From NCBI GenBank assembly GCA_964527235.1, contig CAZGNC010000001.1, positions 34,263 through 81,219 of the forward strand: DNA of 46,957 bases. Reading direction: 5' to 3'. A program made the translations under genes and the position numbers. This document shows, in pieces, positions 18,877 through 27,407 of the stretch; position 1 is the first letter of the stretch, and each line of letters starts with the position of its first letter. The notes beneath the pieces are model-generated. The model did no database searches and had not been told where the DNA came from. It was given only the letters and a program-made list of their open reading frames with translations. Origin of the DNA: an uncultured Candidatus Saccharibacteria bacterium. GTDB taxonomy: Bacteria; Patescibacteriota; Minisyncoccia; Phycocordibacterales; UBA9973.

Positions 18877-19782
18877 ATGGCCAACAGGCACCTTTCAAGA
18901 TCAATAGTTCTTCAGACGCTTTTTGAATGGGATTTCAACGGCGCTAAATCTGACATTGATCTAAAAGAAGCAGTTCAAAGAAATATTAAAGAATTCGCGC
19001 CCGGGCTCGAAGATGATGCTTTCGTTTTTTCACTAGCAGAACAAGTTGAGAAAAAGCGTACAGTTCTAGATGAAATTATTAAAAAGGCGGCTCCTGATTG
19101 GCCTATTGAGAAGATTTCTGTAGTTGATCGCAACATATTGCGCATAGGGCTTGCTGAGCTTCTGTGGAGCGAGCGAAGTCAGGTGCCTCCGAAGGTGGCC
19201 ATCAATGAAGCTATTGAGCTTGCGAAGACTTTCGGCGGAGAAAATTCTGGCAAATTCGTTAACGGCGTGCTCGGCGCAGTTTACAAAGAAATGGGCGAGC
19301 CTGGCAAAGACGAAGTAAGCAAAAAGAAGAAAGATAAAGAACCTGTAGATATAACCAAGCTACCTATCGAGAAATTCGGTGGGGCGTTGGTGTATTCTCG
19401 CGATGGTGCGAATTTGTACTTTGCTTTTGTGCACGATGTTTTCGGATACTGGACTCTATCTAAAGGTCATATCGATAACGGCGAAGGCGAAGAAGAGGGT
19501 ACCATAAAGCGCATCAAAGAAGAGATAGGTATCGACATTGTTATTAAAGAAAAATTGGGGCAAAATAGCTACGTAGCTTCTCACCCTGAGAAAGGTAAGA
19601 CCTTAAAAAAGGTAGATTATTTCCTAGCAGAGAGTGACTACGTGCCATTACAGCTCGAGGTTTCTGGCGGGTTAGACAATGCGCGATGGTTCCCACTTGC
19701 AGAAATTCCAGAATTAAGAATTTATAATGATATTATTCCTCTCATTGCGAAAGCGGTTGAGATTATTTCTAAAAAACCCTAA
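18877..19782 (+). CDS. nusB: Transcription antitermination factor NusB fused to a C-terminal Nudix-fold domain
   Basis: RHLSRSIVLQTLF, VVDRNILRIG, VAINEAIELAKTFG..KFVNGVLG; then WTLSKGHIDNGEGEEEGTIKRIKEEIGI. Confidence 0.9.
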   Translation: MANRHLSRSIVLQTLFEWDFNGAKSDIDLKEAVQRNIKEFAPGLEDDAFVFSLAEQVEKKRTVLDEIIKKAAPDWPIEKISVVDRNILRIGLAELLWSERSQVPPKVAINEAIELAKTFGGENSGKFVNGVLGAVYKEMGEPGKDEVSKKKKDKEPVDITKLPIEKFGGALVYSRDGANLYFAFVHDVFGYWTLSKGHIDNGEGEEEGTIKRIKEEIGIDIVIKEKLGQNSYVASHPEKGKTLKKVDYFLAESDYVPLQLEVSGGLDNARWFPLAEIPELRIYNDIIPLIAKAVEIISKKP

Positions 19783-19787
19783 AATCC

Positions 19788-20483
19788 ATGATTCAATTTT
19801 CAGATTTCGAAAAGCATACCGGTATTGTATTTAAAGACAAGAACTTACTTAAGCAAGCGTTTATTCACCGTTCTTATATAAACGAGAATCCAAATACAGG
19901 TATGACTCATAACGAGCGCTTAGAATTTCTTGGTGATGCGGTACTCGAACTCATTGTTACGGATTTCTTGTATAGAAAATACGACAACTATACAGAAGGT
20001 GAGCTAACTGCAGTGCGTAGTGCACTCGTGAACGCTGTGATCATCTCTGATGTTGCGCTTGCTAGCGGTATGAATGAATTTCTGCTTTTGTCTAAGGGTG
20101 AGATGAAAGATATGGGTAAGGCCAGACAGTACATACTTGCGAACACTTATGAAGCTTTCATCGGGGCGGTATATCTAGATCAGGGCTATGATGTAGTGAA
20201 TGATTTCGTGACTACAAGCTTACTGCCTAAAACTGAAGAAATAGTGAAGAAGAAACTCTGGCGCGATGCCAAGAGTTTGGTGCAGGAGAAGGCTCAGGAG
20301 TATGTGGGAGTTACACCTTTTTATAAAGTACTTAGTGAGTCAGGACCTGATCATGATAAATGTTTTAACGTTGGTATTTTATTCGGCCCAGATTTGATTG
20401 CAGAAGGAAAGGGAAAGTCTAAACAAGAAGCAGAACAGAAAGCAGCGGAAGCAGCTTTAAAAGCAAAAAATTGGCTCGATTAA
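19788..20483 (+). CDS. rnc: Ribonuclease III
   Basis: HNERLEFLGDAVL signature; C-terminal dsRBD (DAKSLVQE..GPDH..GKGKSKQEAEQ). Confidence 0.97.
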   Translation: MIQFSDFEKHTGIVFKDKNLLKQAFIHRSYINENPNTGMTHNERLEFLGDAVLELIVTDFLYRKYDNYTEGELTAVRSALVNAVIISDVALASGMNEFLLLSKGEMKDMGKARQYILANTYEAFIGAVYLDQGYDVVNDFVTTSLLPKTEEIVKKKLWRDAKSLVQEKAQEYVGVTPFYKVLSESGPDHDKCFNVGILFGPDLIAEGKGKSKQEAEQKAAEAALKAKNWLD

Positions 20484-20489
20484 TATACA

Positions 20490-22718
20490 ATGCAACTTCG
20501 AAACTTAGAAATCAATGGTTTTAAATCTTTTGCTCATAAAACAAATCTGGAATTCAAAAGCCCAGTAGTTTGTATCGTGGGGCCCAATGGTTCTGGTAAG
20601 TCAAACGTCGTTGAAGCATTTCGTTACGTTCTCGGAGAGCAATCAATGAAGTCTATGCGTGGTAAAGCCGGGCTAGATTTGATATTTAAAGGTTCTAAAA
20701 CTCTTTCGAAGGGCTCTCGTGCAGCAGTAACTATTTATTTTAATAACGAAGATAAAGTTTTTAAACTCTCAAACGATGAAGGTGAGAATGTAAATTTAAA
20801 TTATGACACCATTAGTGTCTCTCGTGAGGTCTACCCGGATGGGCTTAACAAATACAGCCTCAATGGTACTGAAGTTAGGCTAAAAGATGTAAATAATCTT
20901 TTGAGCTCAGTACACATAGGTTCTTCAGGGCATCACATTATTTCTCAGGGTGAAGCTGATAGAATATTGAACGCTTCGCCTAAAGACCTACGTGAGATGG
21001 TTGAGGATGCGTTGGGACTTAAAATATATCAATACAAAATAAAAGAATCTGAGAGAAAGCTCGAGCGAGCAAATAACAATATTAAAGAAGTTTCAATGCT
21101 TCGTCGTGAGAATGCACCTCATTTGAATTTTTTACGCAAGCAGATGGAGAAACTCGAGAAGACTAAAGAGATGCAGGGCGAGCTTGCGGTGCTGTATCGA
21201 GAGTATCTGAAAAAAGAAAGTGTGTACTTAGAAGAAGAGAGTAGGATTCTCTCGAATGAGAAGAATAAAATTATAAGTGAAATTAAAGAAGTTGCTTTAA
21301 AGATTGATGATGGTAGTGAGGACAGAAATCAAACAGAGAGTGCCAAGATAGAAGAGTTGAAAAAAATCGAACGCAAGATAAATGAGGTTAGGTCTATAAA
21401 GAACGAAATGGGGCGCAAGCTCGGTCGCATCGAGGGTATGATCGAGATGGAGGAATACAGGAAAGATAAAGAGCCTGAGGTTGTAGTTATATCTGAAGCT
21501 GAAGTAAAAAGTATCATTAGTGAGATTGATGTTTCTATAGATGAGGCAATACAGAAAGAAGATGTAGTAGAGATTAAATCCATTCTCGAGCGGATAAAAA
21601 GTATTTTAAAGAAATTTGATAAGTCGAAAGACGGTAAGACAAATGAAGAGCAGAATTTCAAAATCGAAGACCTAAAGAGAAGTCAGAGAGAAGTCGTAGA
21701 GGAGATGGAGAAAATCGAAGCAGAAGAAGCGAAGATGTCTCACGAAGTTGAATTGCTCAAACAAGAGATAAATAAAGAGATGGAATCCTTGCGTGATAAA
21801 GAGCGCGCGAAATTCGCTTGGAAGGTGCGTCATCAAGAGCTTACTTCGTCACTAGAGCTAATACACATAAAAGAAAATAATTTAACTAAAGGCAAAGACG
21901 CACTTGAAAATGAATTGCGTGAGGGTGTGGCGTTGATCGGCCGAGAGATATTGTCCTTCCAGGATTATGAAATAGTTGGGGCGATAGATCTCAATCTACA
22001 AGAAGAATTACGCAGGAAGATCGAGCGTATAAAGATAAAGCTCGAAGATGCGGGTACTAGTAACGGAGCTGAGATAAGTCGCGAATTTAAAGAAGTTACA
22101 GAGAGGGATCAATTCTTGGCGAAAGAAATGGAAGACTTAACACTAAGCATTGCTTCGCTTGAGAATTTAATAAAAGACCTACAAGAAAAGATTGATATCG
22201 AATTCAAAGAAGGAGTAAAAAGAATCAATAAAGAGTTTGGTGAATTTTTTGCACTGATGTTTAATGGTGGTACGGGTACGCTTTCTGTAGTTGTGCAGAA
22301 TAAAAAGAAGCGTCGAGATGAAATGGATGAAGAGGGGGTAGGAGAGGAAGAAATAATTTTCGAAGAAGGAGTAGAGATAAATGTATCTTTACCGCACAAG
22401 AAAGTGAAGGAACTTCATGCGCTTTCAGGAGGAGAGCGATCGCTCACTTCTATTGCGCTCCTTTTCGCTATGTCACAGGTTAACCCACCACCGTTTCTAA
22501 TACTCGATGAGACCGACGCCGCGCTCGACGAGGCGAACTCTAGAAAATTCGGAGACATGATTGAGAAACTTTCGAAGCATTCTCAGCTTATCGTTGTAAC
22601 GCATAATCGCGAGACTATGTCGCGTGCAGGAATGCTCTATGGTGTAACAGTAGGATCTGATGGCGCATCCAAGCTACTATCTATAAAGTTCGAAGAAGCC
22701 GCCGCTATTGCGAAGTAG
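20490..22718 (+). CDS. smc: SMC-family ATPase, short (742 aa)
   Basis: GFKSFA, Walker A GPNGSGKSN, Q-loop IISQG, signature LSGGERSL, Walker B LILDETDAALD, VVTHN; coiled coils between; directly after rnc. Confidence 0.8.
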   Translation: MQLRNLEINGFKSFAHKTNLEFKSPVVCIVGPNGSGKSNVVEAFRYVLGEQSMKSMRGKAGLDLIFKGSKTLSKGSRAAVTIYFNNEDKVFKLSNDEGENVNLNYDTISVSREVYPDGLNKYSLNGTEVRLKDVNNLLSSVHIGSSGHHIISQGEADRILNASPKDLREMVEDALGLKIYQYKIKESERKLERANNNIKEVSMLRRENAPHLNFLRKQMEKLEKTKEMQGELAVLYREYLKKESVYLEEESRILSNEKNKIISEIKEVALKIDDGSEDRNQTESAKIEELKKIERKINEVRSIKNEMGRKLGRIEGMIEMEEYRKDKEPEVVVISEAEVKSIISEIDVSIDEAIQKEDVVEIKSILERIKSILKKFDKSKDGKTNEEQNFKIEDLKRSQREVVEEMEKIEAEEAKMSHEVELLKQEINKEMESLRDKERAKFAWKVRHQELTSSLELIHIKENNLTKGKDALENELREGVALIGREILSFQDYEIVGAIDLNLQEELRRKIERIKIKLEDAGTSNGAEISREFKEVTERDQFLAKEMEDLTLSIASLENLIKDLQEKIDIEFKEGVKRINKEFGEFFALMFNGGTGTLSVVVQNKKKRRDEMDEEGVGEEEIIFEEGVEINVSLPHKKVKELHALSGGERSLTSIALLFAMSQVNPPPFLILDETDAALDEANSRKFGDMIEKLSKHSQLIVVTHNRETMSRAGMLYGVTVGSDGASKLLSIKFEEAAAIAK

Positions 22719-23784
22719 TTTTAGTAAATTCTATCTTTTCTTCAACTCCCTTTATCACACTGTCTGGTTGGAACAATCGGTTTAGTTTGATTATGTTTTT
22801 CTTTGTTATTATGTTGCCGTCTTTGGAAAGTTTTAATTCAAGCCACATGCCTTGCATCGTTGCTGGGCTGAAATATTGATCGAAAATAAAGTTGCCGAGT
22901 GAGTAGGCGATAAAGCCCTCCTTGTAGACTTCTGTGTCTTGTATTACGTGTGGGTGATGCCCGGCAATAACTTTCGCACCGTTGTCTATCGCCATGTGTG
23001 CCAGATATTCTTGTCGTGAGTTGTGTATTGTTTTGTATTCATCACCCCAGTGGAAAGAAACTATGAGATAGTCTACTTGTTCACTTGCACTCTTAACTAT
23101 CTCTGCAAAGCGTGGGTTGTGAGAAGACAAGAACCCCGCTTTATCCATTTTAGCTTCTAAATATCCCGGTCCATTGTCAGCGAATCCCAAAAAGCCTATT
23201 TTCATACCGTTCTTTTCTATAATAGTAGGTGTTTCTGCTGCGAAGGAATTGATACCGCCTCCAGTGTAAGCAAGTTCTTCTTCTTGCAAGCGATTGATCA
23301 TGTCTTCGTAGGAAGCTCGGCCCCAGTCACCTACGTGATTGTTGGCGATAGATATGATATCTATGCCCGCATTTTTCATTATTGGGATAACTATTGGATT
23401 CATACGGAAAGAATAAATACTCCCCACATCTTTTCCTTTATCGGATGCTGTGCCTTCAAAGTTTAAAAAAGTTATATCAGAGTTTTTTAACTCCTCAAGG
23501 TTTGTAAAAAGTTTCGAAAAGTCTCCCTCGAAGTTTTTATTCACAGAAGCTTCAACTCCGCGATCGAGCATTATGTCACCAAGGAAGGAGAGTGTCACAA
23601 AGTCAGGAACTTGTTCTCTTGGTTTTTCGTCTTTTTTTAACAGCCCGGTGTTCGCACTAGTGTTTTCTGGTGTGTTTGTGTGCTGTATATTTTGGAAAGT
23701 TACAGAAGAAAAGTAAAATATACCAAAACCTAAAAGCCCAACCGAGAGAGCCCATAGTCCGAGTTTTAATTTAGATTTTGTCAT
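22705..23784 (-). CDS. CapA/PGA_cap-family metallophosphoesterase-like protein, membrane-anchored
   Basis: GDIMLDR, NFEG, ANNHVGDWG, VSFHWGDEY, GHHPHVIQ, YSLGNFIFD. Confidence 0.9.
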   Translation of the reverse strand: MTKSKLKLGLWALSVGLLGFGIFYFSSVTFQNIQHTNTPENTSANTGLLKKDEKPREQVPDFVTLSFLGDIMLDRGVEASVNKNFEGDFSKLFTNLEELKNSDITFLNFEGTASDKGKDVGSIYSFRMNPIVIPIMKNAGIDIISIANNHVGDWGRASYEDMINRLQEEELAYTGGGINSFAAETPTIIEKNGMKIGFLGFADNGPGYLEAKMDKAGFLSSHNPRFAEIVKSASEQVDYLIVSFHWGDEYKTIHNSRQEYLAHMAIDNGAKVIAGHHPHVIQDTEVYKEGFIAYSLGNFIFDQYFSPATMQGMWLELKLSKDGNIITKKNIIKLNRLFQPDSVIKGVEEKIEFTKTTSQ

Positions 23785-23797
23785 TTACCTATATATT

Positions 23798-25726
23798 CTA
23801 CACTAGAACGTAATCAATAGTCTTCTTCTCTAGGTCTACTCTTTTTACTTTGATTTTTACCTTATCTCCTAGTCTGTATCTTCTCTTCTTTTTTTGCCCG
23901 ACGAGCTCGAGTTTCTTCTCATTAAATACATAAAAGTCATCTGCCATATCACGAGTTCTGACCAGGCCTTCACATTTGGTTTCTAATTCTTCAACAAATA
24001 TACCCCATTCACTGATACCACTGATAACTCCATCAAAGCGCTGTCCTAGTCTAGCAGACATGTATTCTACTTGTTTGTATTTTACTGAAGCACGCTCAGC
24101 ATCTGAAGCCCTCTTTTCTTGTTCAGAAGAAGTTCTCGAAATATCTTCGTATTCTTTTAATTTATCTTTACCTATTTTTTTACCATCGAGGAAATCCATC
24201 AAGAATCTATGCACCAATACGTCAGGATATCTACGAATAGGGGAAGTGAAGTGAGTGTAGTACTCGAAAGCGAGTCCGTAGTGACCGACGTTGCGGGTAG
24301 AGTATATGGCTTTAGCCATTGAGCGAATAACTGCTCGATGAACTGTGTCTTTCATCGTGCTAGATTTTTCTTTACCACCTAGGCTTTGCAGTATGCGGTT
24401 TAGTTCTTGGGTTGGGATTATGCCGTCTTTGAGTGATACTTTATGTCCCAGGCTCCTTAGGAAGAAAGCTAGGTCCTCCATTTTTTCCTTAGAAGGTAGG
24501 TCGTGAATTCTATATACGAAAACATCTGCTTTCTTTGAAGTTTTACCTCCCGAGATTGTCTCAGCAATTTTCCTATTAGCTAGGAGCATAAATTCTTCAA
24601 TAAGCTTGTTGGATTCGCCCATAACTTTCTTCTCTACCTTTATTGGAACACCATTTTTCCCAAGGACGAATTTAACTTCTTCTTGGTCTAGAAGCATGGC
24701 ACCTTTAGCTATGCGTTCCTTGGTAAGTTTCTTGGCGAGGTTGTTGAGGATAGCAAGCTCTCTGTGGAGAACACCGGACTTATTTTTTATAGAGTTTTCG
24801 GCGTCTTCATAAGTGAACCTTTTTTGAGAATTTATTACCGTGCGTCCGAACCACTGTTTCTTAACTTGTGCATCTTTGTCTAATACGAACACGGCACTCA
24901 TCGCTAGGCGGTCTTGATGGGGGACGAGCGAGCATAAGTCGTTAGAGAGTGCCTCAGGAAGCATAGGGATGGTGCGATCTACTAAGTACACCGAGGTGCC
25001 ACGTTCACGCGCTTCTTTATCTAATTCGCTACCAATTTTCAAATACTGGGTTACGTCTGCGATGTGGACTCCAACTTCGACTTCATCGTTTCCTAATTCT
25101 TTAAAAGAGATTGCATCGTCGAAATCTTTGGCATCTTTAGGGTCGATAGTGAAAGTGAGAATATTTCTAAAGTCACGTCGCCCCACATAGTCTTCTTCTT
25201 TTATACCGCGCTCTTTAATTCTCCTAGCTTCTTCTTCAACTTTTTCTGGAAATCCAGAGTCAAAACCTTTTTCTTTAGCTATCGCTTGCATCTCGACTTC
25301 ATTGTCGCCAGGTTTGCCGAAAATTTTCGTAATTTTGCCTTTGGGTGCGAGGCGATGATTTTCCCACGATACAATTTCAGCGAAAACTTTCTCGCCGATT
25401 TTGGCACCAGACATATAATTCTCTGGGATAAGGATATCTGTATACATTCTAGTGTCGTCTGGCTTTAGAAAGAAAGTACCATTTTCTTCCTCGAGAACTC
25501 CTGCAAATCCTATTTTAGCTCTTTTGATTATTTTAGATACTTCACCACTTTGGCGATCTTTGCCCTTTGGGTGGAGCTCAATTTCCACGGTGTCACCGTG
25601 AAGCGCCGTATTTAGGTGCCTAGAATCCACCTCGACATCTTCGGCGAGGTCGGGAGCTTTGACATAGCCTACACCCTTTGAGGATATGGATATAATGCCT
25701 TCAATTTTGCCTTTTGGTTTGTTCAC
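23798..25726 (-). CDS. rnr: Ribonuclease R
   Basis: TIDPKDAKDFDDAIS, HIADV, RGTSVYL, IEEFMLLAN, HFTSPIRRYPD, C-terminal S1. GTG 25726 preferred as start. Confidence 0.93.
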   Translation of the reverse strand: MNKPKGKIEGIISISSKGVGYVKAPDLAEDVEVDSRHLNTALHGDTVEIELHPKGKDRQSGEVSKIIKRAKIGFAGVLEEENGTFFLKPDDTRMYTDILIPENYMSGAKIGEKVFAEIVSWENHRLAPKGKITKIFGKPGDNEVEMQAIAKEKGFDSGFPEKVEEEARRIKERGIKEEDYVGRRDFRNILTFTIDPKDAKDFDDAISFKELGNDEVEVGVHIADVTQYLKIGSELDKEARERGTSVYLVDRTIPMLPEALSNDLCSLVPHQDRLAMSAVFVLDKDAQVKKQWFGRTVINSQKRFTYEDAENSIKNKSGVLHRELAILNNLAKKLTKERIAKGAMLLDQEEVKFVLGKNGVPIKVEKKVMGESNKLIEEFMLLANRKIAETISGGKTSKKADVFVYRIHDLPSKEKMEDLAFFLRSLGHKVSLKDGIIPTQELNRILQSLGGKEKSSTMKDTVHRAVIRSMAKAIYSTRNVGHYGLAFEYYTHFTSPIRRYPDVLVHRFLMDFLDGKKIGKDKLKEYEDISRTSSEQEKRASDAERASVKYKQVEYMSARLGQRFDGVISGISEWGIFVEELETKCEGLVRTRDMADDFYVFNEKKLELVGQKKKRRYRLGDKVKIKVKRVDLEKKTIDYVLV

Positions 25727-25796
25727 CCATTGAATATAGCACAAAAACCGCTTATGTGTTTGCATTTTATGTAAATTGTGTTAAACTCCTTCTACG

Positions 25797-26105
25797 ATGT
25801 TAAAAATACGATTACAGCGAATAGGCAGGAAAAACGACCCCTCTTTCCGAGTGGTTTTAACCGATTCCAAGAACAGCACCAAAAGTGGTAAGTTTTTGGA
25901 GATTTTAGGTACTCACAACCCTAAGGGAGACAAGAGAAATTTCAATAATGACCGCATAAAGTACTGGGTTTCTAAAGGAGCAAAGTTATCTGACACCATG
26001 CACAACTTTCTAGTGCACGAAAAGGTGATAGAAGGCAAGAAGGTAAACGTATTGCCTAAGAAAAAGCCTACACAAAAGCGAAAAGAGTTGAAGACTAAAA
26101 AGTAA
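25797..26105 (+). CDS. rpsP: 30S ribosomal protein S16
   Basis: MLKIRLQRIGRKNDPSFRVV..WVSKGAKLSDT. Confidence 0.96.
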   Translation: MLKIRLQRIGRKNDPSFRVVLTDSKNSTKSGKFLEILGTHNPKGDKRNFNNDRIKYWVSKGAKLSDTMHNFLVHEKVIEGKKVNVLPKKKPTQKRKELKTKK

Positions 26106-26181
26106 AGAGGTATAATACTGTACAGCAGTTAAGTCGGAATACTGCACGATTAAAAGATTAATAATTTTTTTGACACACACT

Positions 26182-26511
26182 ATGCACGACGCAGACAAGG
26201 TATTTTTGGAGTATGTAGTAAAAGCTCTTGTTGATAACCCGAACGATGTAAAAATCGATCGAACAGTCGACGAGATGGGGGTACTTATTTCTTTAACAGT
26301 TAATCCTGCTGATATGGGCAAGATTATCGGAAGAATGGGTAATACCGCTAAGGCCATCCGCACTCTTCTACGCATTATCGGAATGAAGAACAATGCGCGA
26401 GTTAATTTGAAAATAAACGAACCTGAGGGTGGTTCACGACCTGAAACTTCTTATGCTGGTCCATCAAGCAAGACCATTGACCAAGCAATGGAAGATCTAA
26501 AAGGCATCTAA
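26182..26511 (+). CDS. khpA: KH-domain RNA-binding protein (KhpA/YlqC)
   Basis: VKALVDNP..DMGKIIGRMGNTAKAIRTLL; conserved position after rpsP. Confidence 0.88.
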   Translation: MHDADKVFLEYVVKALVDNPNDVKIDRTVDEMGVLISLTVNPADMGKIIGRMGNTAKAIRTLLRIIGMKNNARVNLKINEPEGGSRPETSYAGPSSKTIDQAMEDLKGI

Positions 26512-26517
26512 CAGAAG

Positions 26518-26541
26518 GTCCCCCTCACGGGGGATTTTTTG
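26518..26541 (+). terminator. Intrinsic terminator after khpA
   Basis: TCCCCC-TCAC-GGGGGA followed by TTTTTT. Confidence 0.7.
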
Positions 26542-26549
26542 TTTATATT

Positions 26550-27197
26550 ATGCGTTTTCATATAATTACAATTTTCCCAGAGATGTTCGACTCTTACCTT
26601 AAAGAGTCTATTTTAGGCCGGGCGATAACCGACAAGAAAATTTCGGTAAAGTTCTATAACCCACTAGACTTCTGTGAGCCTAAAAAGAGGGTAGACGACA
26701 GGCCTTATGGCGGTGGTCCCGGCATGGTACTTCGCCCTGAGTTATTTCTGAAAGCTTTTGCAAAAATAAAAATCAAAGACAAAAAGAAAACTAAGATTAT
26801 TCTGTTTTCAACTTCTGGCAAGAAATTTGATACAGCTTATGCAAAAAATTCTGCTAAAAAATATACAGATATAATTATGATTTCTGGGCGCTATGAAGGC
26901 ATCGATGCTCGGGTTGGGAAAATTCTAAAAGCACAAGAAATTTCTATAGGGGATTATGTTTTAACTGGTGGCGAGCTTCCAGCGATGATTTTAATAGACT
27001 CAATTTCTCGCCAGGTCCCTGGAGTATTGGGCAAATATGAATCTTTAGAAGAAGAGAGAGTATCAACAAGTGAAGTCTATACCCGACCTGAAATTCTAAA
27101 ATACAAAGGCAAAAACTACAAAGTTCCCAAAGTCCTTCTCTCGGGCCATAGAGCAAAAATAGACGAGTGGAAGGAGTCCCGTAAAAAGCCCCAGTAA
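26550..27197 (+). CDS. trmD: tRNA (guanine-N1)-methyltransferase
   Basis: VDDRPYGGGPGM, GRYEGIDAR, ISIGDYVLTGGELPA, YTRP, VPKVLLSGH. Confidence 0.97.
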   Translation: MRFHIITIFPEMFDSYLKESILGRAITDKKISVKFYNPLDFCEPKKRVDDRPYGGGPGMVLRPELFLKAFAKIKIKDKKKTKIILFSTSGKKFDTAYAKNSAKKYTDIIMISGRYEGIDARVGKILKAQEISIGDYVLTGGELPAMILIDSISRQVPGVLGKYESLEEERVSTSEVYTRPEILKYKGKNYKVPKVLLSGHRAKIDEWKESRKKPQ

Positions 27198-27211
27198 TAC
27201 ACATCCTGTAT

Positions 27212-27239
27212 TTGACAAAACCCGCTAAATCTGTATACT
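27212..27239 (+). promoter_or_regulatory. Sigma70 promoter of rpoB
   Basis: TTGACA-16-TATACT, followed by a roughly 160-nt structured leader. Confidence 0.7.
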
Positions 27240-27407
27240 GTATTTGATTGTAATTATATTGTGTTTCGGATGCAATCTCCGTTTTATTATCAAGCTTTAT
27301 AAGAGTTAGTTAATAAGTATCCGAAGTAAGTTAATAAGAGGCTAAAGAAAAGCATTTTTCCCTGTTTTTCTTTTTCTTTTTGTTTTCATACATGTAGGTA
27401 AATTTTC

